A stretch of 64,000 nucleotides of DNA from Octopus bimaculoides (lineage: Eukaryota): assembly GCF_001194135.2 (NCBI RefSeq), contig NC_068981.1, positions 48,946,072 to 49,010,071 on the forward strand. Direction: 5' to 3'. Made by a program: the position numbers and the translations under genes. This document shows, piece by piece, positions 14,638 through 26,788 of the stretch (positions are counted from its first letter, which is position 1; every line of letters starts with the position of its first letter). Under the pieces are notes generated by a model. It was not told the DNA's origin. It was given only the letters and a program-made list of their open reading frames with translations, and ran no database searches.

Positions 14638-14851
14638 NNNNNNNNNNNNNNNNNNNNNNNNNNNNNNNNNNNNNNNNNNNNNNNNNNNNNNNNNNNNNNN
14701 NNNNNNNNNNNNNNNNNNNNNNNNNNNNNNNNNNNNNNNNNNNNNNNNNNNNNNNNNNNNNNNNNNNNNNNNNNTATGTATGTGTGTGTGTATGTGTGAA
14801 TTTATAAATGAACACACACATGCATACATACATACATATTTACATACATAC

Positions 14852-14882
<31 letters not shown>

Positions 14883-17341
14883 CATACATACATACCACAT
14901 GTATATGTATGGAAGGCGACAAACAATTTTCTTTCTTATCTGAATGACGGCTGGGAATGAAAGAGCAACTAATGCTCTTCTCATTCAAAAGTTATTATCT
15001 GACCTACAAACGCAATGCAATATGTATCACAATGTAATGCATATAAACAAGAGAAATTAGACAATGTTTTGGAGATAACATATGAAGGTTATTTTAACTT
15101 CCATATATTAGAGCCTTTCATGATTTATGGAGAGTTGTATATCAATTGATGTGACATTCAACTCATGTAAAACTTGCAAGAACGTTTAGATGACAAACTG
15201 GATATATAATTTGTGATTCACCGATTAATTATCTGATCTGGAAAACCATCTATGCGGACGATAATTTGTAACTTTATAATTAGGCTAATTGCACGTCTGT
15301 TAATATCTACATAGAATTTGTACGTATAAATATAAATAAAAGTAAATCGTGTTTTCAGTTGTTGCATACTGAATGCTATTTTCTCTGACGGCGTTTGACT
15401 TGCGCAAATTGATAACTGCAGTTTTTGTTAACTCCTCGTTAATTATTTAACTAAAGAAATGCTACATCGGTGACTTTCATTTGATTGTCTTGGGGATTTG
15501 TGATTACAATATTTTTACCTCAAGTATTCACGTGAATAGGATAATGTAGATATGTTTTTTGGAAGTATGTCTCAGAATTGATATTTAAAATATGCGTGTG
15601 CGTGTGTATGTGTGGGTGAGTGTGTGTGTGTGTATGTGTGTGTGCGCGCGCGCGCATGTGTGCTGCGTGTGTATTCACGCACGCAATCCCACTCACACTA
15701 ACACAGACAAATATGTATGTGTCTATACAAGTTTATGTATTAAATATATATACATATATCTATATTTGGTATTGATGCCTTGCTAATCGAGATAAAATAA
15801 CTATTGAATCCTTCCAGAATTTTTGAGCCGTACCAACATCCTCTTTGGTTCATATATTTTATGGAAAGAAATAATCGACATTAACATTTTAAAACATGCT
15901 TACAGATTTTTATTTAAATTATGACAAATATTGTTTTCCTTCTTTTCAATCTAAAGTTATATCAGATACAAAACAACCATAATGTATATGACTGCATAAT
16001 GGTAATTATTTTTTCTATTCAAATGTAGCTAGCTTTATATAGGTTCCAATGACACTATTGTCAATTCGATATATTTTTGGCCAAATAGCTGATGAATAAG
16101 AGACTAAGATAGTATTATATGTTTTTCTATACTAAATAACAAGAAACCCTATGTAGCATTGAGGAGCAGCCGCCGACATGTCTACATACGTATATACATA
16201 CTTGCATATGTACGTACGTTTGTATGCATGTATATATATATGTATTTGCAATCGAAGAATTTGAGATTGTTACTAAATATCATATAAAGAAAGGAGATAG
16301 AGAGGCCCTTGGAGATCCAAGACGTAACCGAAAGAATAGATTATCATATTTCTGTGTAGTATATCGCACATATGATTAGCATCTGCACAAATATGATATC
16401 AAGTTACTACTTCCCGATGTGATAGATTTTAATGCCATTTGGATAGAAGAACTGTCTTGGAATAAATTTAGAGAATCCCCCTGTTATTGAATACATCTTC
16501 AAATATCATCACAAAAAATACTAGTGAAAATTGTTGTTTGTGTTAGAGAAGAAAATGTATGTACCATGGAAGAAATCAGTTGACCTATTGATGTAAAATG
16601 TCTTTTGGAAAATCAATGCGAAGGCGGATAGATATGGACATCTGCTACGAAAACTCCAGCTTCTCTATCCGGATTCACATATCCACTAATGCTTATTCAT
16701 TTGGCTTTTGCGAGTAAATGGCTAATTGTCAATCTGATTAAGCTAAGGTTTTCTGAAAAAAATTAATCAACTAACTCACTCGCACGTTACAACTACAATC
16801 AGTAAGACGAATATTAAAAATATGCGAGACATTTGATATCGTTTTTGTCACCTACATTCCAACAATGGTGTCTCGTATTTTTGTTGGAGACCAACACCTT
16901 CTTCAGAGGACGAATTTATATAACTCAAATCAGAAGAGAGCATACATACATACATACATGCATGCATGAGAAATCTGTAATTGCTCTCTCCAGGTTAAAA
17001 GTTCAGTTTTATTCCTGTAATTATTTGAGCCCTGGAATATGTAACGCGTTGCATAAATACCAATCTTGAGAAATTAGGCTTCTCAAAACCAGAATGGAGA
17101 AAGCTAATTCAAAGACTACAGATCCAATACATCATTAGAACCGTAAACATCTGTAAAACTTTCCAGAAGTCTATCATCTAAATATATATAAGCCTGTATA
17201 GATATGCAACTATATGCATGAAGAAACATAAATACAACAAAGCCTAAAAAATCTGCACACATACAAACATATATACATGCATATAAACAAAATACCCTTT
17301 TATAGTTGTTGAAATTCCAATCAAGGAGGCTNNNNNNNNNN

Positions 17342-17958
17342 TTATCAGGAGAACTAAATCATTCAGCAGAGTTGGTAAATGTCCACCAAGATAAAATTTA
17401 TACCGATCATAGAGTGTGTGAATGTAATGGAGATATAACAAACTGTTATCCAGCTTTGAGAGAGGAATCTAATCGCTAGCTTTAAAACCTGAGAAGTATG
17501 GTTCTACTAGCCTTCCGCACACTGTGCACTATTGTTATTTATCGGTTTCTCCAAAACTGTAGCGGCAACCCTCTACAAGACTCAGCTAATATACTATAAT
17601 CCNNNNNNNNNNATATAGATAGATATATATATATATATATGTATATATGTCGTGTGTATATGTTTGTGTCCGTTTCAGTGAACCATGTGCACTACTTTTA
17701 TCAGGAGAACTAAATCATTCAGCAGAGTTGGTAAATGTCCACCAAGATAAAATTTATACCGATCATAGAGTGTGTGAATGTAATGGAGATATAACAAACT
17801 GTTATCCAGCTTTGAGAGAGGAATCTAATCGCTAGCTTTAAAACCTGAGAAGTATGGTTCTACTAGCCTTCCGCACACTGTGCACTATTGTTATTTATCG
17901 GTTTCTCCAAAACTGTAGCGGCAACCCTCTACAAGACTCAGCTAATATACTATAATCC
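17342..17958 (+). repeat. Identical 261-bp direct duplication (17342-17602 and 17698-17958)
   Basis: The two copies read identical. The first is a mini-contig bounded by two 10-N gaps, so this is probably an assembly artefact. Confidence 0.85.
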
Positions 17959-18099
17959 TCTGTGAGAACCATGAGACGTGTGAGATTCTATTGATTTTTT
18001 TTCATTTTGTGTGTTTTGTGCGACATGAGAATCCGCTATATAAATATGTGTGTGAACATGTGTGTGTGTGTGTGTGTGTGCATGTGATAATATTAAGAA

Positions 18100-18245
18100 T
18101 ATCTATTTCCGCCCAGGATGAAATTGCCTTTCATCCTTTTGGGATCGATAAATTAAGTACCAGTTTCGTACTGGTTCGATCTAATCGACTGGCCCTTTTC
18201 CAAAAAAAATTCTGGCCTTGTACCTAGAATAGAAAAATAATATTA
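18100..18245 (+). mobile_element. 5'-truncated SINE, same family as 63029-63243
   Basis: gcctttcatccttttgggatcgataaattaagtaccag...tcgatctaatcgactggccc...cctagaatagaaaa aligns by eye with the 3' half of the copy at 63029. Confidence 0.75.
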
Positions 18246-18894
18246 AGAATATTTCTACTTTAAAACTAGTGTCGTAATTTTTAAAAGATTCAAACATAGG
18301 CATGAATAGATGTATAGCTGCGAGTAGTACAAAGATATATGATATGCAGACTATTTCAATTTCAGATACATTACAGCAGCCTGATGACAGTTATGTCATA
18401 CATATGAGACAGAGTGATTTGTTTCTGCAGCTGTGTATATCGCTAACATTTAGAGAACATTCAGCAGTTGGAGGAGAAATATAAGATATTTACATTTAAC
18501 TAGAAACAGACCTGAGAAAACTAATGTAATGATTGTGATACAGATATTGAATTGAACTATCCGGGATTATACATCTCTTGTGTTTGTATTTAGATAACCT
18601 ACAACATATTGCATCACCATGTCATAAGTTAAACAATGTTTGGGAACATGAATTATAAATATTTCACGAAGTAATTTTTTTATTCACAATCTAACATATA
18701 ACAAAAATAGCAGATTGCATCGTGCATTATGAATAAAAATATTGTGTAGATTATTCATTCAAAAAACAACTTAAGTTTAAAATTATATATTGTATATCTA
18801 CAAATCGTACATGTTTGTGTCTTACGTGTGTATGTTAAACACAAGCAAAATGTTCGTAATCGTGTAGGATAAATTTACATATTTCAATCGAACA

Positions 18895-18916
18895 CACGCA
18901 CGCACGCACACACACA

Positions 18917-18977
<61 letters not shown>
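18895..18977. repeat. (CA)n microsatellite
   Basis: Read directly from the sequence. Confidence 0.95.
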
Positions 18978-18979
<2 letters not shown>

Positions 18980-19949
18980 TTAAATCACAGTATATACAAA
19001 GAGGTATGCTAGCATGCAGATAATTTTGTTCAATTCAATTTATTCCGATTAAGAGTAGATGATGTACAACAAACTCTTTCAAAACATTTCAGTTTTAACT
19101 CGCTTACTTATGTCAATTCCAAATATTCTTCATAATATTTGGGCATATGTCTGATGGTGTCTCATTCGTTTGCCAGAAAATTGCCGTTCCGATTCCATTA
19201 TAAATCTGAATAATTTAACTTTGGCTTCAATATACTGACACCGGTCATATAAATGTCCACGTTTTTCACTCGTCAGATACACGCGGAAAAGTAATTCTTC
19301 AAATGATGTTACGAGTAATACATTCAGTTAGAAATATATATATTATATACTTCAAATGAACCGATAACAATTCCTTCGATGTTTTGCACTAGAAATTTAA
19401 GCAATTAAAACTAATTCAGAAACGAAATATCTGCGATATGCTACCGGAGAGATATCTGGAGAAAATAAATACATACATATATATATATATGCATACATAT
19501 ACAAGCACACACACACTCAATCACACATCCGCACGCACATACGTAGGCGCGGTATGTTTGTACGTCAGAAGTGTCTTTCCGATCTGCTATGTTTCTCACG
19601 CACAGCACACTGGACAAAACTCAGCCAAGCAATTTACACTTAACCTGGATGACGTAAAGTACGTCTAACTAGAAATTACGAAAGTTCCCCTGAATACAAC
19701 TTCACCCCGTGAAACAATTTTTAAAAAATAGATTTCCAGAACATACTTAAAAGAGGAAAAGATATGGTCGACAAAGTAAAGTTAATTTTGTCTGCATGAG
19801 ATGTATGAGGGAAAGTATTGATGGATCAAAGGTATTTGTTCACTGCTAGGAACAAATGACAGTCCAAAAACCTATATGTGAATATGTCTACATCTGCATA
19901 CTCCGGTGTATATGCATTCCTTGACCATTCAGAGCAACAAATAAGGAAA

Positions 19950-20330
19950 CGACATTAACCTTGAGAAGAACACTTTCTCACATTTTCTGGGCTAATGATT
20001 GAAAATATGATTTCCACATAGCATCAAACTAACAACAGACACCAAGGCTATCCTATGCTGTTACACCAAGAGGATTAGTTTAGTAAAGATGATAGCATGC
20101 TGAGACTGGCTCAAAGAATTGACTTTCTACTCCCTAGAGAAAAGACGCAAAATATATATGGGAGCGGGCGTGCGCGTTTACAACGAGCAAGAAGAACTTG
20201 GCAAAGATAACTCGATGTGTCTAGTGGGATATCTTTTGTGAAATGAAGTACCTGAAGTGACAAAGCCAGCACTGATTGATGCAACACTAGATACAAAATA
20301 TCCTAAGTCGTACTGAATAAAGATTCGTAC
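19950..20330 (+). mobile_element. Highly decayed CR1/L2-like LINE 3' fragment
   Basis: Plus-strand DWLKELTFYSLEKRRKIY at about 20104-20160 resembles the CR1/L2 C-terminal motif RLK.L.LYSLE.RR.R. Confidence 0.4.
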
Positions 20331-20365
20331 TAATTCTATATTCCGTTCCCTTCATTATTCATATA

Positions 20366-20407
<42 letters not shown>

Positions 20408-20409
20408 CA

Positions 20410-20410
<1 letters not shown>

Positions 20411-20467
<57 letters not shown>

Positions 20468-20470
20468 CTA
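20411..20470. repeat. (ATCT)n microsatellite
   Basis: Read directly from the sequence. Confidence 0.95.
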
Positions 20471-20922
20471 TCTATATACATACATACACACATACATACA
20501 ACTTGAATATCTTCCGTCCATCATAAGGTTTAAAACATATACAAAACTTGAATTGTAGGCCACAACATAGAAACTAAATTTCCACCTTTTCTATTAAGAT
20601 TCAATGAAGAATCAATGACTTATCAGAAAGTCCCCAGACATGTGCGAGGGGTATGTATTGATGCCTGAAAAAAAAAAAAAACATTTTTTTTTCCGGATGT
20701 AGCTGAGGGACGCACAACACAAGAAATAATGCAAATAAGAAGGTTGTGGTCTAAATCACAGATTCATCTGAACCAAGACTTGAAGAAGAGACCCAGAAAT
20801 GGAATGGAAGAAATTAATGATCGCTTCAACTGCATACCTGTACATATATGTTTGTGAAATTTACAGAAAAACAAAAGACGAAGACAGCAAGCAGGTGTAT
20901 AAGTTCGGGAAGGTGAGAAAGT

Positions 20923-20958
20923 ATTTTTCGTTTCGAGCCCACGCACTTCAACAGAAAG
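20923..20958 (-). ncRNA. Minimal hammerhead-like motif in the PLE terminal repeat (degenerate, non-canonical core)
   Basis: Minus strand reads cttt-CTGTTGA-a-gtgc-gtgg-gctc-GAAAC-ga-a-aaat. A homologous copy lies at 28660-28695. Confidence 0.5.
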
Positions 20959-21399
20959 GAACATGAAGAAATAAACAGAGAGAGAATTTTTAAAATGAAC
21001 AAAAATTTCGAGTTGGCGGTCAGTCAAGCCGACTGGTTGGACAATGGTAGTTAGAACTGAGAGCTGGGAAGAAAGGGAGATAATAAAGTATTGTTGATCC
21101 CAAAACGACGGTCGTGTGTGAATGTAAGAGTGGTGACTGTGATGTGTTGTTGTGTGCGTCTGTGTGCATCTGTAAAGTGTAGGTGTGTGGATGATGGTGT
21201 AGGTAGTGGGAAATGGTTATTGCTAGTGTGTATGGAGTGGTGTAGGTTGGAGTGATGTGATGTTGTGCTGTGGTGCTGTTTGTGGTGTGTGGCGGTTTTG
21301 AGGTGTGAGGATTTGAGGATGGGTGTGTGATTGGTGTGATGTGGTGGTGGTGAGGATGTGGGGGCATGAATCGGGTATATGACAGTGGGATGTATGGGG

Positions 21400-23950
21400 T
21401 GGGTTGTGGATGGACCGATGTACAGAGGAGAAAAGGATAGGAGATGCAGTAAATGACGTTGCTAAAAGTTGAGTTAAAGGAGTCAGTGATACGATAGGGG
21501 CGATGATGGGTGCCTGTGAGGATGGTGGTATTGAACAGGTAGGAGCTAGTACGGTAGCGTGGGCGGGAGCAAGAGAACGAGGCATCTTAGGAGGGGGGTT
21601 AGTGAAGAAACTGTGGACCACGAGGTCACGTATACTGTGGGTTCATTTGAAAGAGGGAAGGGATACATTGGAGAAGATATCCGAAGGCTCGGAAAATGGT
21701 GCGTTGGAGGGGCAGGGTAGAGGGTTGGTAGGTGCGAGGAAACAGCAGACGGGCAATGGTGGGGCGAGTGCGAAGGGAGAGAGCTGACGCACGGTCCACG
21801 GAACGTGCTCTGGCAGGGTGGTGTGGATAGTGGTGATAGGACATCTACGAAGGATGAAGTGGTGACCCATGAGTTGAAACTGAGTCTCTAAGTCATGGTT
21901 GTCATTGCAGATCCTGCGCAGACGCAGGAATTGGGAGTAGGGTATGGAGAGTCTGGTGTGAGTAGAGTGGGAGGAGGGGAATTTGAGGTAGGAGTGTGAG
22001 TCGGTGTTTTTGTAATGGTGTACGTAGTGAGATTGGAGTTGTGCATGTTCACCTAAATGTCGAGAAAGGTGACGGACGTTTTGGAAATGGTGCAAGAGAA
22101 TTCGAGGGCAGGACGGAAGGATTTCACAAAAGAGAGAAGGGAGTCCAGTTGTTCGCGCGAGAGCAAGGTTGCACCGATACAGTCATCAATATAACGACCG
22201 CATACTTCGGGAGTGGGATCACTGAATCTTGAAAGTATTTGGGTCTCACCGTAGGCAGCGAAAAGGTTTGCACAGTTGGGATCCATTCTCCTTCCAATGG
22301 CCACTCTCGAGACATGTTGGTAAAACTCCACCACGAACAAGAATCAGTTGAGGGAGAGAACAAGTTCGGCCAAACGAAGAAATCTGGACATGTCAGTTTT
22401 TGGATTGGGTCGAAGCTCTAATAAGTGTGTGTGGGCAAGAAGTCCTTCATTGTGCGGTATCACCGTATATAGACACTTGATATCAAGAGCGAAGAGAAGT
22501 TTAGAGGGGCCAGGAGGGAAAGAGAAAAACAGACGAAGAGCATGGTTAGTGTCGTAAATGTGTGAAGGGAGGGAAACCAGAGGTGGGGGGGGGTCAAGGA
22601 CACAGTCGGTGTATTTCGAGAATAGTTCTGTGCGGCATTTACAGGAGGAGACGATGAGGCGGCCAGGATTGTTCGAATTGTGGATTTCGGGAAGGAAGTG
22701 AATTGTGGTGGTGCGAGGATTGCGGACAATGTGGTTGGAGGCGGTGGGAGGGAGACGGAGAGTAGATGAGTTCATGGATATTGGAGGACAAAGAGTGTTG
22801 GTAGCTAGGCATTGGGCCGGAGGGCAGAGTGCAATAGAAAGAGGTGTCTTGAAGTTGGCGGAGAGATTCAGCCTTGTAGAGGTCCGCGTCACACCACCAC
22901 GGCTCCATTTTTGTCGGCTTGTTTTATGATAATGTATTTGCGGCGTCGGAGACATTGAAGGCCAGAGTATTTGTCTGGGGAGATGTTCAGATGTCTGGAA
23001 CGCCTGCGAAAGTTAAACCGGTATGCAACACGTTGACAGATACCCGCAAAATGATCAACTGATTGGAACGGGCCAGGAGCTGGCGTCCAGTGGTATGGTC
23101 GGCGTCGCAAGTCGAGGAAGCAGTCCTCTTTCTTAGATGCAGGTGGAGTGTTATGGAATAGTGCATGTAGCCTAACACGGCCCACAAGGCTGTGAATATC
23201 AACACGGGATTAAAATTCAATACTCGATGGAGGGGGATGAAGCGCAGACTCCTACTGAGAAGAGAGCGCTCCGCCTAGAGAGAGAAAGATCAGGAGGAAT
23301 GATAACAACAGACTGAAGTGGGTAGGCGTGAATTTGCCTAGATGTGGGAGTGGTGGTGGGTGTAGTAGAAGGCTGCGAAGGGAGAGAAGATTGTCTGTGG
23401 GGTGTTGAAGTGACCGAAGTGTTGGGGTCAGAATGAGGTGGAAGCGTATCGGGATGGGGTAGTGCCGTCCGGTGTGACGGAATGGAAGAGTGAGAAGTTT
23501 TTACATAGTTTAGTGCGAGTGAGAAATTCAGGGAAGATATGATTCAAATGGATTATGTAGCGTAGAGTAGAGTGTGCATAGGAAGGTGAAAGAGAGGAGG
23601 AAATGATGGAATAACCAAGAGGGAGTAGGCGGTAGAAGTGTGGATTTTGGAAGGATGGGAACGAATGGTGCACGCACAAGGCGATAGGATGTAGTACGCA
23701 GTATGGGTAAGATGGTAGAAGAAGAGTGAAAGGGGGTGGAAATGGGGGAAGAAACCTTTCGGGATGATGATGAAGGCTGCGACTGAAAAATGAAACGTGG
23801 TTAGAGAACCTTGTTTGTTTGAAAATTAGAAGGGAAAGATTAATAGAAGGTTGAAAGCAGCGGAAAGAACGTTTGAAAAGTGTCTATTTAGACGGTGGTA
23901 AAGGTGGAGGAGGAAAAAGTTGTAATCGGGCATGATTGAAAAAGGGGAAA
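21400..23950 (-). pseudogene. Disrupted PLE polyprotein ORF (reverse transcriptase core about 21840-22960; GIY-YIG start about 21420-21590)
   Basis: Assembled from ORF-track fragments 22889-23185, 22639-22908, 22344-22955, 22053-22340 and 21643-22095. It carries multiple frameshifts and in-frame stops. Confidence 0.88.
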
Positions 23951-24045
23951 ACATAAGGGAGACAGAAAGGCAAAGTAACAACGTACTGATTAAGAGAAAA
24001 CTAAGAAAAAACAGAAATTTTAAAACATAAACCTGCATACAATAC

Positions 24046-24104
<59 letters not shown>

Positions 24105-25238
24105 TGTATGTGTCTGTGTGTGTGTGTAATTACAAACATTCTCTGCATCGCATCATCCAACTAATCGATATATATTTAAAATATATAACCGATTTAGCAA
24201 TACACTCTCTGTTTTTGTAGACTTGAACATTTGTGTGATGTGCGATGGAATAGACAATAAGCAAAATTATATTTACGATAGGAAGTACAGAATAATTTCT
24301 CTCCACTAAGGAAATTAAAACACCTTATACTATGTTGCAATAAATGTCGTCTCAGCTTTTGATTACGTATTAAAAAGGAAGCCAGTCTCATGCCATATCA
24401 AAATAGGTTTTTTTTTTCCGAGCATACCTATTTTTTGAAGAAGCCTTATATCAAATGTCTTATCGAAATGTATTTAAGTTACTGCCAGGCTGCATATACT
24501 ACCTGACAACAGTGTTGCCAGTGAAGATTGTACGAGTAACCACAGTTCCTGTATGCACTTATGCGGGATTTACACTAGAGGTGACATTTATTTGTACTCT
24601 GAATAAAAAAATAAGGACATTCCTCGATCTTACTTTGCGGTCTAAAAGATAAACCGAAATAAAAACAAAACCAATTTTAAATAAATATGATTAAATTTTA
24701 TCTTCAGAGGCAATTGCTGCATAATTTCTATAATATCTTATGGATAGGAAAGCAGTAGTTATAAAATGTTCAGAGACATCAAAATGTAATTGTGATATTG
24801 GAGAAACAGAAAACATAATTTATATGATTTATTCTGATAAGTAGAACAAGATATTTTCTAAAACTACCCAAAATACTGCTGTTCAATTGAAGGAAGGCCT
24901 ACACCTACAACCCAAGAACAGACACTGGAAATCCAATAGAATCCTCTTATTATTCGCATTTCCATTTAATTCATATCGGCACAAGGCTGATGTTATAACC
25001 CGACATAAAGCGAGGTTCAGTGAAATTCTAACAGTAAGTACGTGATAGTGAATCAGACTTCGGGAAGTACGTGTAGATACTATCATCGAGTCTAAGAAGC
25101 TACTAACATTATCGACACATAAATCTGCCTCACTTCTCCCCCCTTCTCTGTATATTTATCTGCATTCATTAAATAAAGGCGCATGCTTTACGTCATTCAA
25201 GTTGCATACTGGTTTCATTTGAGATGTATATTTGTGTG

Positions 25239-25288
<50 letters not shown>

Positions 25289-25462
25289 CAGCAGTTTGAA
25301 ATCTTTCACCAAAAAAGCGAATTGTAAATGTCACTAAATGTGACTAGGGTATCAGAAAACGCCTACATTGCTACGTATAAGAGATAAACACTTTAATGCA
25401 CATGAATGAAAACATATTCACTAACAGGGACAATAATTGACTCAAATGTGCCGATCAAGAAT

Positions 25463-25515
25463 TCTTAATACTGACGCGTCAGTTTCGGCAATTTCTGTTA
25501 CGACATCAGTTAAGA
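25463..25515 (-). ncRNA. Type I hammerhead ribozyme-like motif (degenerate copy)
   Basis: Minus strand reads TCTTAA-CTGATGT-c-GTAA-cagaaa-TTGC-c-GAAA-CTGAC-gc-GTCAG-TA-TTAAGA. It has a 6-bp stem I, a core with an A9 substitution, stem II, GAAA, a palindromic stem III and a GUA cleavage triplet. Confidence 0.7.
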
Positions 25516-25724
25516 CAGCTCGGCCATTCGGTTCTTCGCGGACTCGCTTCGCCATTTACATTTGTTTTCGTCAGCCAAATAATTCGATGATTTAGTGATT
25601 CGTTAATGTGTATATAAAAGATTACTATAAGCAACAGTTCGCAATGTTTCAGCAAAAAGGAGAATTAAAATATCTCTAAATATTAGACACTTTTTAAACG
25701 ATTATATTCTCTGTTAGTCTATAT

Positions 25725-26070
25725 CAGGGGATCTCAAAGTTTTGGGGCCTCATACTTTTTGGGTCACCGCCCAACTCATGGCCACATAAAACCCCCAGGA
25801 CCCCCACCACTACATTTATGTATAAATAATTATTTTTTATTATACGAATTTATGTATACTATGAATCATTTGATATTTAATATAATATTATATTATATTA
25901 TACAAATTATTTGTATACAATGCTATAATAATATTATAAATTCATAGCGTCCCGACATCCACTGCCTTCCTTCCAGTGCCCCCTTTTCCTATGCCCCCCA
26001 CCCGCCGCACCACTCCCTTAAACACCAGCGCCCACCTGGACCACCTCAACGTCCACTTTGAGAACCTATG
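25725..26070. mobile_element. hAT-type MITE with 16-bp TIRs and an 8-bp target-site duplication
   Basis: Left TIR CAGGGGATCTCAAAGT versus right TIR (reverse complement) CATAGGTTCTCAAAGT match 13/16. Flanks gtctatat (25717-25724) and atctatat (26071-26078) match 7/8. An 8-bp TSD with CAG-starting TIRs is the hAT signature. Confidence 0.8.
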
Positions 26071-26757
26071 ATCTATATGCTTTCATTCATGAGCGTCCAC
26101 TACACATTAGACCGTTTAGCTCTTATTTCTAGCAATGTAGGTGTTTCCTAAAACCCTAGTTATATTTGGTAATATATNNNNNNNNNNNNNNNNNNNNNNN
26201 NNNNNNNNNNNNNNNNNNNNNNNNNNNNNNNNNNNNNNNNNNNNNNNNNNNNNNNNNNNNNNNNNNNNNNNNNNNNNNNNNNNNNNNNNNNNNNNNNNNN
26301 NNNNNNNNNNNNNNNNNNNNNNNNNNNNNNNNNNNNNNNNNNNNNNNNNNNNNNNNNNNNNNNNNNNNNNNNNNNNNNNNNNNNNNNNNNNNNNNNNNNN
26401 NNNNNNNNNNNNNNNNNNNNNNNNNNNNNNNNNNNNNNNNNNNNNNNNNNNNNNNNNNNNNNNNNNNNNNNNNNNNNNNNNNNNNNNNNNNNNNNNNNNN
26501 NNNNNNNNNNNNNNNNNNNNNNNNNNNNNNNNNNNNNNNNNNNNNNNNNNNNNNNNNNNNNNNNNNNNNNNNNNNNNNNNNNNNNNNNNNNNNNNNNNNN
26601 NNNNNNNNNNNNNNNNNNNNNNNNNNNNNNNNNNNNNNNNNNNNNNNNNNNNNNNNNNNNNNNNNNNNNNNNNNNNNNNNNNNNNNNNNNNNNNNNNNNN
26701 NNNNNNNNNNNNNNNNNNNNNNNNNNNNNNNNNNNNNNNNNNNNNNNNNNNNNNNNN

Positions 26758-26788
<31 letters not shown>

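Larger units (their letters stand above)
20830..24040 (-). mobile_element. Near full-length but inactivated Penelope-like retroelement (RT plus GIY-YIG) with a 3' terminal repeat
   Basis: Minus-strand motifs appear in order across frameshifts and stops: IIPKGF; LSRSLRFIP; RVRLHALFH; WTPAPG; IIIKQADKNGAVVV; NPGRLIVS; LDIKCLYTVIPH; LAELVLSLN; FYQHVSRVAIG; GRYIDDCIG (catalytic YIDD); SVTFLDI; YKNTDSHSYL; SIPYSQFLRLRRIC; FSCSRPRYRT; SNVIYCIS and LYIG (GIY-YIG). Confidence 0.92.
25328..26172. mobile_element. Unclassified fold-back element with about 125-bp inverted arms, an internal hammerhead motif and a nested hAT MITE
   Basis: The left arm gtcactaaatgtgactagggtatcagaaaacgcctacattgctac...catgaatgaaa (25330-25445) is reverse-complementary to 25690-25724 plus 26079-26172. 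The same arm sequence occurs at about 29600-29695, 29919-30045 and 30071-30197. Confidence 0.7.

Noticed and set aside
16855-16912. Minus-strand CTGAAGAAGGTGT...ACACC stem
   Set aside because: The GAAA half of the hammerhead core is absent after the stem.
17342-17602. Apparent recent segmental duplication
   Set aside because: It is an identical copy isolated between two 10-N gaps, most simply an unmerged contig overlap.
24986-25033. 48-nt candidate exon (ADVITRHKARFSEILT) with a good gtaagt donor
   Set aside because: Weak AAG acceptor, no recognisable homology, and within chance expectation.
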